Origin: Alistipes sp.
Lineage (GTDB): Bacteria > Bacteroidota > Bacteroidia > Bacteroidales > Rikenellaceae
Assembly: GCA_017631275.1 (NCBI GenBank)
Contig: JAGBTQ010000002.1
Coordinates: 3,680-67,679, forward strand
Length of the DNA stretch: 64,000 nucleotides
Reading direction: 5' to 3'
Below are positions 29,813 to 40,221 of the stretch, piece by piece. Positions within the stretch are counted from its first letter, which is position 1, and the number at the start of each line of letters is the position of its first letter. The position numbers and the translations under genes were made by a program. The notes beneath the pieces were generated by a model. The model saw nothing but the letters and a program-made list of their open reading frames with translations. It was not told the DNA's origin and searched no databases.

Positions 29813-30874
29813 TTACTTCTTCTTGGTAAGCACAACAATCACACCAACCAAAGCAGCGATAACGCCCACAAGGAGGATAATGATTACCCATGTGCCAATG
29901 CCCATGCCCTCGTCGCCATCCTCTATGGCTGTTGCGCTGAAGACCTTGTCGAGATCAACACGCTTACCATCTACCTCGTAGAATAGCTTGTTCTGAGTGT
30001 TGTCAATATATACTGTTGGAAGATTCTCCTCAGGGGTGATAGCCATAAACCAACACTGGCTAGCGATGCTGAACTTGTAGCCGATGGTGTAGCGCTCCTT
30101 CTCTACATCGCTAAGGTCGATTGCTAGGTTAGAGCTCTGACTGGTGAATGCCTTCTTCTTCTCGATAAGTGCTATGTCGCCAGCACTGCTTGCCGAGCGC
30201 CACTCGCCGATAATCCACTCAAACTCAGCAGGCATCTTGCCACTCTTTGATGCGTAGAGCTCACGCTTAAGGTCGTTCTCAGTAAGGTTTGAAGTATCTA
30301 CCGCTGCCGACTTAGTCATGCTCTTCTTGTGCTGCTCCGAGTTGTAGCGATAGAATGGGCCGATGTTGCTTGTTGCGAGGTTTACAGAGTAGGTCTGCTT
30401 CCACATGCCATTTGATGCAGTGAAGGTGATTGAGTCGCCACCAGATAGTCGCCACTTACCTGTTACGGTAACCTCACCCTTGTATGTGAACTTACCATTC
30501 TTGTCGATGGCAAAAACATATCCGTTGTCGTTTACCCATGTGCCAGCCAACCATGATGCCTTGATGCTGAGGTTTACGGCAGCTGCAGGGCTCCAGCCCA
30601 CCTGCGACTTTGCTACGTAGCCATAGATACCCTTATAATAAATATAGTACCAGTTATTGTTGTTGTATGCAACCTCGATAAACTCGGCAGCGTAGTTACC
30701 ATTTGGCAGTACACCAAGTATGCTACTCTTTGCTGTAGCCTGCTGGCGAATGTTTACATAACCGTCGTAAGCATTACTATAGATGTAATCGCCGCCAGTT
30801 GCAAATGCTGTGTTGTCGATACCTGCGAAGGCGAGCATCGCAATGCACATCAAAATTTTGTAGATGTTCTTCAT
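29813..30874 (-). CDS. Exported protein with an N-terminal SH3b-like domain and a C-terminal membrane anchor
   Basis: Signal peptide; DGYVNIRQQAT...WYYI..KGIYGYV SH3b-like pattern; hydrophobic C-terminus ending in KKK. Confidence 0.7.
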   Translation of the reverse strand: MKNIYKILMCIAMLAFAGIDNTAFATGGDYIYSNAYDGYVNIRQQATAKSSILGVLPNGNYAAEFIEVAYNNNNWYYIYYKGIYGYVAKSQVGWSPAAAVNLSIKASWLAGTWVNDNGYVFAIDKNGKFTYKGEVTVTGKWRLSGGDSITFTASNGMWKQTYSVNLATSNIGPFYRYNSEQHKKSMTKSAAVDTSNLTENDLKRELYASKSGKMPAEFEWIIGEWRSASSAGDIALIEKKKAFTSQSSNLAIDLSDVEKERYTIGYKFSIASQCWFMAITPEENLPTVYIDNTQNKLFYEVDGKRVDLDKVFSATAIEDGDEGMGIGTWVIIILLVGVIAALVGVIVVLTKKK

Positions 30875-30901
30875 GATGTAATTTATTTAATCGTTTGTGT
30901 A

Positions 30902-31333
30902 TTAATATTTTACAGGGTATAATCTGAAGGTATAAGTCTTATTGCTGTGATAAACATACATCTTGCCAGCGAACTCTCCATTCATCTTGAATGAACCTTT
31001 GAAGTCGGCTGTGAGCACGTTGTCTTTGTTGTACTCGCTAAGGCGTACGGCACCGTCCAAATCGTTGTAACCTCTAATGATGAGTTTGTTGTTAGAGCCC
31101 TGAGAGTGGTAGTAGTACCAGCCTCGGTAGTCGCCATTTGTGTAGTATTCAAGGTACATGGTAATCTTCATGTTGCTGCCAATAGTGCCAGTGTAGTATG
31201 AGCACTCTACCAATCTTGGATTTTCTGTCTTAGCTGGCTTAGTTGCTAGTTCGTCGTTTGCCATTGTTGGCTGTGTCGTGCCTAACATAAGTAGGGCGAA
31301 TACAGCGATGAATGATGCAAAAAACCTTTTCAT
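30902..31333 (-). CDS. Hypothetical secreted protein
   Basis: Signal peptide followed by an aromatic-rich, beta-strand-like domain. Confidence 0.75.
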   Translation of the reverse strand: MKRFFASFIAVFALLMLGTTQPTMANDELATKPAKTENPRLVECSYYTGTIGSNMKITMYLEYYTNGDYRGWYYYHSQGSNNKLIIRGYNDLDGAVRLSEYNKDNVLTADFKGSFKMNGEFAGKMYVYHSNKTYTFRLYPVKY

Positions 31334-31346
31334 AATTAGTTGTGGT

Positions 31347-32903
31347 TTAGTTGTTTGTGTTGTTAAATATGTCGTACTCGGGGTTATATATCTCGCTCTC
31401 GATGCTTAGCGAACGAAGTGTGGTGTGGAACACGTGGTACTGCTCGGCACACTCTATGTTCTTTATCGTGCGCTCCGAGTCGGAGTGCCATACGATAAAC
31501 GGAATGTCGAACTGCTCGGCGGGGGCCATCGACTTGGGCATGCCGTGCATGTATAGGTTGTTCTCGCCCAACGACTCGCCATGATCCGACACAAATATCA
31601 TTGTTGCCCTCCACTCGTCGAGTGTGCGCAGCTGCTCGATTACGGTGTGCACGAGGTAGTCGGTATAGAGAATAGTGTTGTCGTAGGCATTTATCAGCTC
31701 CTGGTGGTCGGCCTCAGCCATCTCCACAGTGGTGCACACGGGTGTGAACTTCTCAAACTCGGCAGGGTACTTTTTGTAGTATGTTGGGCCATGGCTTGTG
31801 CTGGTGTGCAACACAACAAAAACTTTATTCTTGTCGCTCGACTTAATGCGCTCGGCAAGACCCTCTGTCAAGATGCCGTCGTAGCGCTCATCGGCATTGG
31901 GATACCTCTCCTTGAGCGTTGCAACCTTCTCTATGTTAGCGATATGTAGCGGTGGCTCGCCCCAGTTGTTTGTGCGCCAAATTACATCTACACCATTGCG
32001 ATATAGGTAGTTGGGGAGTATCTCGTAGAGCTTGTTTGTTGGCTGGTGGTCTATGATAGCCTTCACGCCCGCCGTGGTGTATGTCGCTGCCGACTCGGCA
32101 GGTAGCGCTACGACTGAGTCCTGCGCCATAAGTGGGTTTGTAGTGCGCTCGTAGCCATATAGCGAGAAGTTTTTGCTACGTGCCGACTCGCCAATAATCA
32201 CCACACATACCTCCTTATTGTTGTTGTTTATTGTGGCATCAGGGAGAAGTATCTCCTTCTGGTTTAGGCGCTTCCAGCTGTTGTAGTAGCGCACCGTATT
32301 TACGGTGTAGGACCATGGCAGAATTATGCTGCCGAGGTGTGGTACGTTACGGTCAATCCATAGTGTGTTGCTTAGGTTGGCAACACCCACAAGGAGTATT
32401 GCGCCGAGCGATGCAAGTGCCGTGATGCCCATCTGCTTTAGTCTGCCGTAGTCGATTTTGGTCTTGAATAGCCATACGCAGGGTACGATGCCGAGAAGTG
32501 TGAAGTAGAGGATGCCACTTAGCGAGAAGTAGCCCGAAGCCTCCGAGTAGCGGGTGTTGAATACGTTGCCCATCATCTCGCTTGTTATAAGCACCTCGTA
32601 GCTATTTATGAAGTAGAGTGCTAATGAGTTGAATAATAGGCTTATGGCAATTATTATCTTGCCCGCCACGCGACCAAAATATATGAGTAGGTAGATTAGC
32701 AATAGGTGCACAGCAAAGATGATTATCGCTATGCTACATAGTATGATGATGCCATTTGCGCCCTCCTCGGTGCTCTCTGCAACGCCTCTAAGCAGAGGAA
32801 TGTTGTAGCCTACAATCGTGAATAGGCTAAGTATTGCCGAGAAGAGGGCTATATGTATCGGCTTTGAAAATAGTGTGCCGAGAATGTTTTTAGTTTTACT
32901 CAT
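31347..32903 (-). CDS. eptA: Phosphoethanolamine transferase, EptA family
   Basis: N-terminal TM helices; IIGESAR, ATYT, SHGPTY, NAYDNTILYTD and SDHGESLGENNLYMHG motifs. Confidence 0.92.
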   Translation of the reverse strand: MSKTKNILGTLFSKPIHIALFSAILSLFTIVGYNIPLLRGVAESTEEGANGIIILCSIAIIIFAVHLLLIYLLIYFGRVAGKIIIAISLLFNSLALYFINSYEVLITSEMMGNVFNTRYSEASGYFSLSGILYFTLLGIVPCVWLFKTKIDYGRLKQMGITALASLGAILLVGVANLSNTLWIDRNVPHLGSIILPWSYTVNTVRYYNSWKRLNQKEILLPDATINNNNKEVCVVIIGESARSKNFSLYGYERTTNPLMAQDSVVALPAESAATYTTAGVKAIIDHQPTNKLYEILPNYLYRNGVDVIWRTNNWGEPPLHIANIEKVATLKERYPNADERYDGILTEGLAERIKSSDKNKVFVVLHTSTSHGPTYYKKYPAEFEKFTPVCTTVEMAEADHQELINAYDNTILYTDYLVHTVIEQLRTLDEWRATMIFVSDHGESLGENNLYMHGMPKSMAPAEQFDIPFIVWHSDSERTIKNIECAEQYHVFHTTLRSLSIESEIYNPEYDIFNNTNN

Positions 32904-32908
32904 GCCTC

Positions 32909-34135
32909 TTATCTCTTTTGCTTATCTCTTTTGCGCCATAGGCGGCTTATTGCCACCAGTGTAGCACCACATAATGCCGCTAATAATAGGTTGTATAGTA
33001 TTGTAAGCGTGATGTTTACACTGTGCTCCGAGTTGGTTGTGGGGTAGTCGCCAAGGCTCTTGTCGTAGTGCGCAAAGGGGTTTGTGTATATCACCTCGCC
33101 ACTATCGAAATATATCACAAATCGTGCATAAGGCTCGTTGTGGGCTAATAAATAATCCACTCTATCGGCGTTGCTTAACTCTACGAGTGTGCGGTGCTCA
33201 CTGCCGTAGGCCACAATCTTCTCTGCTTTTTGGGATAGTGATAGGTAGATAGTGTCGCCATTTACGCCTATTGAGGTTATATGTGGTAGATTGCTGTTTG
33301 CTGCATATTTCTGCTCCCAATCGCCTGATCCATAGTCGGGTAGGCGCATTGAGTAGTAGCCACCCTCGCGTAGTGTGCGTGCTACATCTCGCCACTCTGT
33401 GCTTGGCGAGAAGAGGAAGTTGCAACGTCGAGCTATCTTGTCGCTACGGTCGGGGTAGTGTAGGTCGTCGTTGGCAAGGCCGAACGAGTAGTGTCCGGCG
33501 CTTAGTGCCACGTCCCAATATTCGCACTCGGTGGAGTGTCCGCTGTCAAGCTCCATTATCATATATCCTGAGAGCTTGCGCATTATGTCGTTCGAGGTTA
33601 GCGGTGTGCGTAGTGGGTGGTTGAGCTGCAAAAAGTCGCACTCAGCACCGAGCATATCTATCTGCCACTGACGCTGTGAGGGGAGTATCGGTAGTAGGTG
33701 GTCAAAGAGCATAACACGCTCAGCACCAAATACTAACTTGTGATACTTTAATAGGTTGTAGCCATGCTCATAGGCTGGGGCGTAGTCCTTGTGTTGGGGG
33801 TGTGGCGTGCGGTAGTTGTGGTTTGTGATTGCTACTATGTCGTAGCCCAGCTTGTCGTATGCCTCCACAGTCGCTTCGGGCGAGTATTCGCACTCGTTTA
33901 GTGGCGACTCAATGCGTGTGTGGGTGTGGAAGTTGGCACGCTTCCATGTTGTCATGGAGTCCACATTGCGGTAGGGGTTGAATATGTCGCTGCCGCTAAA
34001 TGGCTTGGGCTCAGCGAAGTTGTATATCGGGCTAAGGCTCGTTGCAAGCACTATGCACACTGCCACCAGCAGGAGTGTTGCGACACTCTTGCCCACGATG
34101 CCAATAATATTGTTATGCTTGCCTTTAAGCTTCAT
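32909..34135 (-). CDS. PHP-domain metallophosphoesterase-like membrane-anchored protein
   Basis: NFHTHT, ITNHN, LNHP and NDDLH motifs; hydrophobic segments at both ends. Confidence 0.75.
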   Translation of the reverse strand: MKLKGKHNNIIGIVGKSVATLLLVAVCIVLATSLSPIYNFAEPKPFSGSDIFNPYRNVDSMTTWKRANFHTHTRIESPLNECEYSPEATVEAYDKLGYDIVAITNHNYRTPHPQHKDYAPAYEHGYNLLKYHKLVFGAERVMLFDHLLPILPSQRQWQIDMLGAECDFLQLNHPLRTPLTSNDIMRKLSGYMIMELDSGHSTECEYWDVALSAGHYSFGLANDDLHYPDRSDKIARRCNFLFSPSTEWRDVARTLREGGYYSMRLPDYGSGDWEQKYAANSNLPHITSIGVNGDTIYLSLSQKAEKIVAYGSEHRTLVELSNADRVDYLLAHNEPYARFVIYFDSGEVIYTNPFAHYDKSLGDYPTTNSEHSVNITLTILYNLLLAALCGATLVAISRLWRKRDKQKR

Positions 34136-34407
34136 TAGCTACACAATTTTTACAATTTACAAAGATATTAAATTTTTTCGAAATTATTCTGCATTATGGT
34201 AAAAATGTGAGTTGAGAAGGAGCGCAGAGATAGTGAGAGGGGAGAGGTGAAATGAGAAATGGGACGAATGGGGAAGATGGGATAGATGGGAGCGCTAAAA
34301 TAGGGAGATTAGGGAATTTAAGGAGATTAAGGAAATTAAGGAAAGGCTATCACTAAATTCATTAAATTCACTAAACTCCTTAATCTACCACCTCCTTCAG
34401 CGCACCG

Positions 34408-34537
34408 ATTTCTCGCGAGAAGGGTTGCAGATGCAACGCTCGGCAAAAATCCCGACGATGGGCTGTACAAGAAGTACTGCTCATTGTCGGGATCTTTTTT
34501 TGCTAGCGGCAGCAGATGCGCCCTAATCGCGGGAAAT
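34408..34537 (-). repeat. ~130-bp structured element, copy 4 (B type)
   Basis: Minus strand ATTTCCCGCGATTAGGG...CCCTTCTCGCGAGAAAT; core nearly identical to copy 1. Confidence 0.88.
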
Positions 34538-34663
34538 TTCTTGTTAGAAGGGGTTAGGCTTGGTCTATCGCAAAAGAAGATCCCCTCGGGATAGTACCGA
34601 AGTACAGCCCGAGGGGTCTTACTTTTAGCGATGGGCCGAGAATGACCCCTTATCACAAGAAAT
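34535..34663 (-). repeat. ~130-bp structured element, copy 3 (A type, divergent central stem)
   Basis: Minus strand ATTTCTTGTGATAAGGGG...CCCCTTCTAACAAGAAATT; 2 nt after the Hc1-like stop codon. Confidence 0.9.
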
Positions 34664-34665
34664 AA

Positions 34666-34842
34666 TTATTTCTTAGCCTCCTCTACAGATACCTTACGGA
34701 ACTCCTTGAGAAGCTTTGTGAGCTCCAACGCTGCCTTACGTGCACGTGTGCCAGCTGCCTTATTGTTCTTCTCTGCCTGCAAAGCTGCGTTCGATGCAAA
34801 TGCCTCATACTGGGCTGCAATGTTTTCTACTAAAGTCTTCAT
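34666..34842 (-). CDS. Histone H1-like (Hc1 family) small basic protein, 58 aa, missed by the ORF track
   Basis: MKTLVENIAAQYEAFASNAALQAEKNNKAAGTRARKAALELTKLLKEFRKVSVEEAKK contains the NKAAGTRARK signature. Confidence 0.92.
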   Translation of the reverse strand: MKTLVENIAAQYEAFASNAALQAEKNNKAAGTRARKAALELTKLLKEFRKVSVEEAKK

Positions 34843-35103
34843 ATTTGTTAAATGTTAAATGGTTTTCTTTTTGCAAAGATATAAAAATATTTTAGATAAC
34901 AACAAATTTTTCTTGTTGATTTTAGACATAAATGCATGATTTGCCGACAAATCGGTACTTTTGCCTATCGAAAAAAACGATTTTCCACACTCTTTTTTCT
35001 TGAAATATTCTTCGATATAATCACAAAATACCTATTTATGGGGATTGAAACCGTGTGCATAAATTATTATCTTTGCGCCATTAATATATAAATAGTTTAG
35101 ATT

Positions 35104-37470
35104 ATGCGACTTAGTGAACTAAAAACGGGTGAGTCGGCTGTCGTTGTCAAGGTGTTGGGCTACGGTGGCTTTCGTCGTCGTATAATCGAGATGGGATTTG
35201 TGCGTGGCCAGAGCGTAAGTGTCGTTTTGGATGCGCCCCTTAAGGATCCTATTGAGTACCATATCATGGGCTACGACATATCGCTGCGTAGAAAGGAGGC
35301 CGAGATGATTGAGGTTATGACCCTCGAGGAGGCTGAGCGTCTTGCATCAGAGGCGGAGGATATTGTTGTTGGCGATGCCGATATTTTCGAGCGTGCGCTA
35401 AGCTCGCAGCAGCATACTATCTCCGTGGGTCTTGTGGGTAACCCTAATGCCGGCAAGACATCGTTGTTCAACACGCTATGCGGTCGTAGCGAGCATGTGG
35501 GCAACTATAGCGGCGTTACGGTAGATGCCAAACGTGGTACACTCAGCTATAAGGGCTACACCATCGAGATTACCGACCTTCCTGGAACATACGCCCTCTC
35601 GGCATACTCGCCCGAGGAGAAGTATGTGCGCCGACATATTATTGAGAATACCCCCGATATTATCATCAATACTGTTGTTGCCTCGAACATAGAGCGCAAC
35701 CTCTATCTAACCACCGAGCTTATCGACATCAACCCCAAGATGGTCATTGCTCTGAACATGTACGACGAGCTTGAGGCGAGTGGCGCTAAGTTCGACCACG
35801 AGGCTCTGGCACGCATGATTGGTGTGCCTATCGTGCCCGTTGTTGCACCTCTGCGTCGCGGTATCGACGAGCTGCTGGATACTATTATCGCTATTCACGA
35901 GGGTAGACACGAGCTCGAGCGACATGTCCACATCGGCCTTGGCCAGCTTATTGAGGAGAACCTCGAGGAGCTTAATGCCGACATGCGCCAACACCGCGAT
36001 GAGCTTCCTGCGCACTTCCCACCGCGCTACTTCGCACTAAAACTCATCGAGGGCGATAGCGATGTTATTGCCATGCTCGAGACGTTGCCACACTATGCAC
36101 GTTGGAGTGCTATGGCGCAGTCTGCACGTAAGGATATCGAGGAGGGTATGGACGTAGATGTGGAGACGGCTATTGCTGAGCGTAAGTATGGCTTTGTGTC
36201 GGGAGCCTTGAAGGAGACCTACTCGTCTGAGGGCGTTAGGCGTAATACGCTTAGCGACAAGCTCGACGAGATTGTGACGCACCGCGTATGGGGATATCCC
36301 ATCTTCTTTGCTATCATGTGGTTTATGTTCTACTGCACCTTTACGCTTGGTGCCTATCCACAAGATTGGATTGACATGGGTGTCAATTGGCTCTACGACA
36401 AGGTGCATGGCATGATGGAGGCTGGTGCCTTGCGCGATATGCTCACCGATGGCGTTATTAGTGGTGTTGGCAGCGTGCTTATCTTCCTTCCCAACATCAT
36501 GATATTGTATCTCTTCATATCCTTTTTGGAGGACTCGGGATACCTGGCACGTGCCGCCTTTATCATGGATAAGATCATGCACCGCATGGGTGTTCATGGC
36601 AAGTCGTTTATACCGATGATTATGGGCTTTGGCTGTAATGTGCCAGCAATCATGGCGTGCCGCACCATCGAGTGCCGCACCTCACGCCTTATAACCATCT
36701 TGGTTGTACCCTTTATGTCGTGCAGTGCCCGCCTACCTATATATATGATGATTGTGGGTATCTTCTTCCCGGAGCATGCTGGCACCACACTCTTCTTGCT
36801 CTATCTCTTAGGCATGCTCTTGGCTGTTGCCTCGGCACGCCTCATGCGTAGGTTTATGTTTAGAGAGCAGGAGGCGCCCTTTGTTATGGAGCTCTCGCCC
36901 TATCGCTTGCCTACGGTGCGTACTACGGTGCGCCATATGTGGAGCAAGTGTACGCAGTATATCAAGAAGATGGGTGGTCTTATCCTCATTGCCTCGATTG
37001 TCGTGTGGTTGTTGAGCTACTACCCACGCCCCGCTGCTGATACGCCTGCGGCCGAGCGCTACACCTACGAAATGTCGTATATGGGTAAGATAGGCAAGGT
37101 CTGCGAGCCCGTGTTCCGTCCTATGGAGCTCGGCTGGCAAGCATCGGTGGCTATTTTGTCGGGAATACCTGCTAAGGAGATTGTGGTGAGCACGATGAAT
37201 GTTCTCTATGCCCACCCCGACGATGCTGATGTTGAGGGCGAGGAGGAGCTGTCGCCAAATGTTAAGGAGCGTGTTGCAAGTAGCATGTCGCTACCTTCGG
37301 CTGTTGCATTCTTGATATTCTCGCTATTGTATCTGCCATGTATCGCCACGATTATGGCTATTAGCTCGGAGCTTAACTGGAAGTGGGCAGTAGGCTCGGC
37401 GGTATATAACACCGCTGTGGCATGGCTTTTGGCGTGGGTTGCTTACCTCTTAACGGGATTACTACTATGA
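35104..37470 (+). CDS. feoB: Ferrous iron transporter, FeoA-FeoB fusion
   Basis: N-terminal FeoA-like region (APLKDP), GNPNAGKT, DLPGTY, GFGCNVP and MSCSARLP motifs. Confidence 0.96.
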   Translation: MRLSELKTGESAVVVKVLGYGGFRRRIIEMGFVRGQSVSVVLDAPLKDPIEYHIMGYDISLRRKEAEMIEVMTLEEAERLASEAEDIVVGDADIFERALSSQQHTISVGLVGNPNAGKTSLFNTLCGRSEHVGNYSGVTVDAKRGTLSYKGYTIEITDLPGTYALSAYSPEEKYVRRHIIENTPDIIINTVVASNIERNLYLTTELIDINPKMVIALNMYDELEASGAKFDHEALARMIGVPIVPVVAPLRRGIDELLDTIIAIHEGRHELERHVHIGLGQLIEENLEELNADMRQHRDELPAHFPPRYFALKLIEGDSDVIAMLETLPHYARWSAMAQSARKDIEEGMDVDVETAIAERKYGFVSGALKETYSSEGVRRNTLSDKLDEIVTHRVWGYPIFFAIMWFMFYCTFTLGAYPQDWIDMGVNWLYDKVHGMMEAGALRDMLTDGVISGVGSVLIFLPNIMILYLFISFLEDSGYLARAAFIMDKIMHRMGVHGKSFIPMIMGFGCNVPAIMACRTIECRTSRLITILVVPFMSCSARLPIYMMIVGIFFPEHAGTTLFLLYLLGMLLAVASARLMRRFMFREQEAPFVMELSPYRLPTVRTTVRHMWSKCTQYIKKMGGLILIASIVVWLLSYYPRPAADTPAAERYTYEMSYMGKIGKVCEPVFRPMELGWQASVAILSGIPAKEIVVSTMNVLYAHPDDADVEGEEELSPNVKERVASSMSLPSAVAFLIFSLLYLPCIATIMAISSELNWKWAVGSAVYNTAVAWLLAWVAYLLTGLLL

Positions 37471-37616
37471 TAACGTGGCAAGATTTGACGGTTTGGGCTG
37501 TCGCTGTTGTGGTCTTTGTGCTCTTGGTGGTGCGCGTGTGGCGCTTCTTTAAGTGCCGAGGCACCACTGCGTGCGACGGCTGTAGTAAGGAGTGTGACCA
37601 CCGACGAGTGAAATAG
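37467..37616 (+). CDS. FeoB-associated Cys-rich small membrane protein
   Basis: ATGA overlap with the feoB stop; TM helix then CDGCSKEC. Confidence 0.85.
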   Translation: MITWQDLTVWAVAVVVFVLLVVRVWRFFKCRGTTACDGCSKECDHRRVK

Positions 37617-37671
37617 TGAGAGGTGAAAGGTGAAAGGTGAAAGGTGAGGTATGCTTCGCACGAGATTTAAT

Positions 37672-37715
37672 TAGTAATAAAAGGTAGAAAATATTACTCA
37701 CTACTCATTAAAAAA
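37672..37715 (+). repeat. 44-bp direct repeat, left of the LRR gene
   Basis: TAGTAATAAAAGGTAGAAAATATTACTCACTACTCATTAAAAAA is identical to 40222-40265. Confidence 0.95.
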
Positions 37716-37783
37716 TGGTCCTCTTTCAAACTTCTTACCTTTACTATTGAACAACAAAGGGAGCGAATTCGCTCCCTTTTGTT

Positions 37784-40075
37784 CTATTTTATCCTCTTTA
37801 TCTGCTTCTCGTATATGCTCCACTTAGGGTCTTGTTTGTATGCTTTGACTGCCTTTTTGGGGACATATATCATTGTTGTTTCAGCTATGCTTAAGTCACC
37901 TATTGCAGGTGGCGTTGTAGCTAAGCATGTTATGCTTGTTAGGCTGCTGCAATGGTTGAATGCATAACGTTCAATTCTAGTTACGCTATTAGGAATAGTA
38001 ATGCTAGTTAGGCTACTGCAATTCCAGAATGCACCATATTCAATGCTAGTTACGCTATTAGGAATAGTAATGCTAGTTAGGTTGCTGCAATATGCGAATG
38101 CACCATATTCAATGCTAGTTACGCTATTAGGAATAGTAATGCTCGTTAGGCTGCTGCAATTCCAGAATGCGCGATCTCCAATGCTAGTTACGCTATTAGG
38201 AATAGTAATGCTTTTTAGGCTGCTGCAACCATGGAATGCATCATTTCCAATGCTAGTTACACTATTAGGAATAGTAATTCTAGTTAGGCTGCTGCAACCC
38301 TCGAATGCACTATATCCAATGCTAGTTACGCTATTGGGAATAGTGTATTCGGTTACCCCCTTTGCAATGAATATCTCAAGCTTTCCATCAATGATTAAGC
38401 ACCTTCCGTCGGCTGATGCATTTGCTCCGTAAAATGTTATGTCAGTGTCCCAGTCTTTGAAATAATTGTAGCATTGCTTATTTGATACCTTGACACTCTT
38501 TAGCCTGCTACAACCATTGAATGCCTCCTTTCTAATGCTTGTTACGCTCTCGGGAATGGTATATTCGGTTAAATCTTTTCCGATAAAAAGAATAAGTTTT
38601 CCATTATCAATTAGGCATAGCCCATCTTTAGATGCATATTTGCTATTGCTATCAATGGCTAATTTTGTTGCTCCTAGTTTTTGTGCCTCTTCATACTCTT
38701 CGAGCGTTGATACCGCAAAGGTGATGTCGGAAACACCTAATTTTTTGAAATAATCGTAGCAATCCTTATTCGCTACCTTGACACTCTTTAGGCTGCTGCA
38801 ATCCTTGAATGCCGCATATCCAATGCCTTTTACACCATTGCCAATAGTAATACTAGTTAGGCTGGTGCAATCACAGAATGCATACTCTCCAATTCTAGTT
38901 ACGCTATTAGGAATGGTAATGCTTTTTATGCTGCTGCAACCTCCGAATGCCCACTTTCCAATGCTAGTTACGCTATTGGGAATAGTATAAGAGGTCAATC
39001 CCGCTGGTGCAAATGCAATTAGTTCACCATCTATGATTAGACATCTGCCATCTTCTGATGCAAATTTGCCATTAAACGATTTTAGGCTGTTGCAACCATC
39101 GAGTGCCACCTGTCCGATGCTAGTTACGCTATTAGGAATAGTAATGCTTGTTAGGTTGCTGCAACTACGGAATGCATCCCATTCAATGCTAGTTACGCTA
39201 TTAGGAATAGTAATGCTTGTTAGGCTGCTGCAACCATAGAATGCATGACGTCCAATGCTTGTTACGCTATTAGGAATAGTAATGCTTGTTAGGCTGCTGC
39301 AACCCCAGAATGCACCCTCTCTAATGCTAGTTACGCTATTGGGAATGGTATAAGAGGTCAATCCCGCTGGCGCAAATGCAATTAGTTCACCATCTTTGAT
39401 TAGACATCTGCCATCTTCTGATGCAAATTTGCCATTAAACGATTTTAGGCTGCTGCAACCACGGAATGCATCCCATCCAATCTCAGTTACGCTATTAGGA
39501 ATAGTAATGCTTTTTAGGCTGCTGCAATCAGCGAATGCCCAATCCCCAATGCATGTTACACTATTGGGAATAGTTAAGCTTTCGAGGATACTGCAACCAT
39601 AAAATGCATAGTCGTCAATGACTTTTACGTTACTTGGTATAGTGTACGATGTTAGTCCTGCTGGTGCAAAAGACATAAGATAGCCATTCATAATTACACA
39701 TCTTCCATCTTTTGATGCCTTAGCCCATTTAATGTGGCTTAGGTTATGACAACCCTTAAATGGGTTTGGCGTGTGATAGCCAATGGTTATATCATTGTTG
39801 GGGATAGTAATAGTTTTAAGATTAGTGCAACCCTCTAAATTGACTTGATGATCTCCGCTGTTGTAGACACCCAGACCCCATAGCTCACCAGAGAGCTTGA
39901 TAATGCCTTTATCATTGTAGTAGTGGTTCCATAAAACTCCATCAACGTAGCCATGTAGGTTTACTGCTTTTCCATCGGTAGTTGTGTACCAAATCTCATC
40001 GCTCGGGCACTGAGCGTGGGTCAATGAGATAGTAGCCACAAGGCATAAAATAAGAGAAGATAGTTTGCGTAGCAT
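37784..40075 (-). CDS. BspA-type (TpLRR/LRR_5) leucine-rich repeat surface protein
   Basis: Many 23-aa LTSITIPNSVTSIGxxAFxxCSS repeats; signal peptide from ATG 40075; visibly more AT-rich than the flanking genes. Confidence 0.95.
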   Translation of the reverse strand: MLRKLSSLILCLVATISLTHAQCPSDEIWYTTTDGKAVNLHGYVDGVLWNHYYNDKGIIKLSGELWGLGVYNSGDHQVNLEGCTNLKTITIPNNDITIGYHTPNPFKGCHNLSHIKWAKASKDGRCVIMNGYLMSFAPAGLTSYTIPSNVKVIDDYAFYGCSILESLTIPNSVTCIGDWAFADCSSLKSITIPNSVTEIGWDAFRGCSSLKSFNGKFASEDGRCLIKDGELIAFAPAGLTSYTIPNSVTSIREGAFWGCSSLTSITIPNSVTSIGRHAFYGCSSLTSITIPNSVTSIEWDAFRSCSNLTSITIPNSVTSIGQVALDGCNSLKSFNGKFASEDGRCLIIDGELIAFAPAGLTSYTIPNSVTSIGKWAFGGCSSIKSITIPNSVTRIGEYAFCDCTSLTSITIGNGVKGIGYAAFKDCSSLKSVKVANKDCYDYFKKLGVSDITFAVSTLEEYEEAQKLGATKLAIDSNSKYASKDGLCLIDNGKLILFIGKDLTEYTIPESVTSIRKEAFNGCSRLKSVKVSNKQCYNYFKDWDTDITFYGANASADGRCLIIDGKLEIFIAKGVTEYTIPNSVTSIGYSAFEGCSSLTRITIPNSVTSIGNDAFHGCSSLKSITIPNSVTSIGDRAFWNCSSLTSITIPNSVTSIEYGAFAYCSNLTSITIPNSVTSIEYGAFWNCSSLTSITIPNSVTRIERYAFNHCSSLTSITCLATTPPAIGDLSIAETTMIYVPKKAVKAYKQDPKWSIYEKQIKRIK

Positions 40076-40221
40076 AAGTATGGTGTTTTTCTGTTTTGAC
40101 AAAGTGTTAGACAAAGATACGAAAAAAAAAGTGAAAAGCGAAAGGCGAGAGGGGAAAAGTGAGGTGTGCTTTGCGCAAGAGTTAATTAGTAATTAGTAGA
40201 GAGTAAATAGTAATTAGTAAA

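Noticed and set aside
34336-34656. ORFs over repeat regions (34336..34656, 46602..46919, 26176..26430)
   Set aside because: They are translations of the structured elements and short-repeat tracts, and the frames are not conserved between copies
37784-40075. LRR gene as a diversity-generating retroelement target
   Set aside because: No reverse transcriptase or separate template repeat is seen, and differences between units are not evidently adenine-specific
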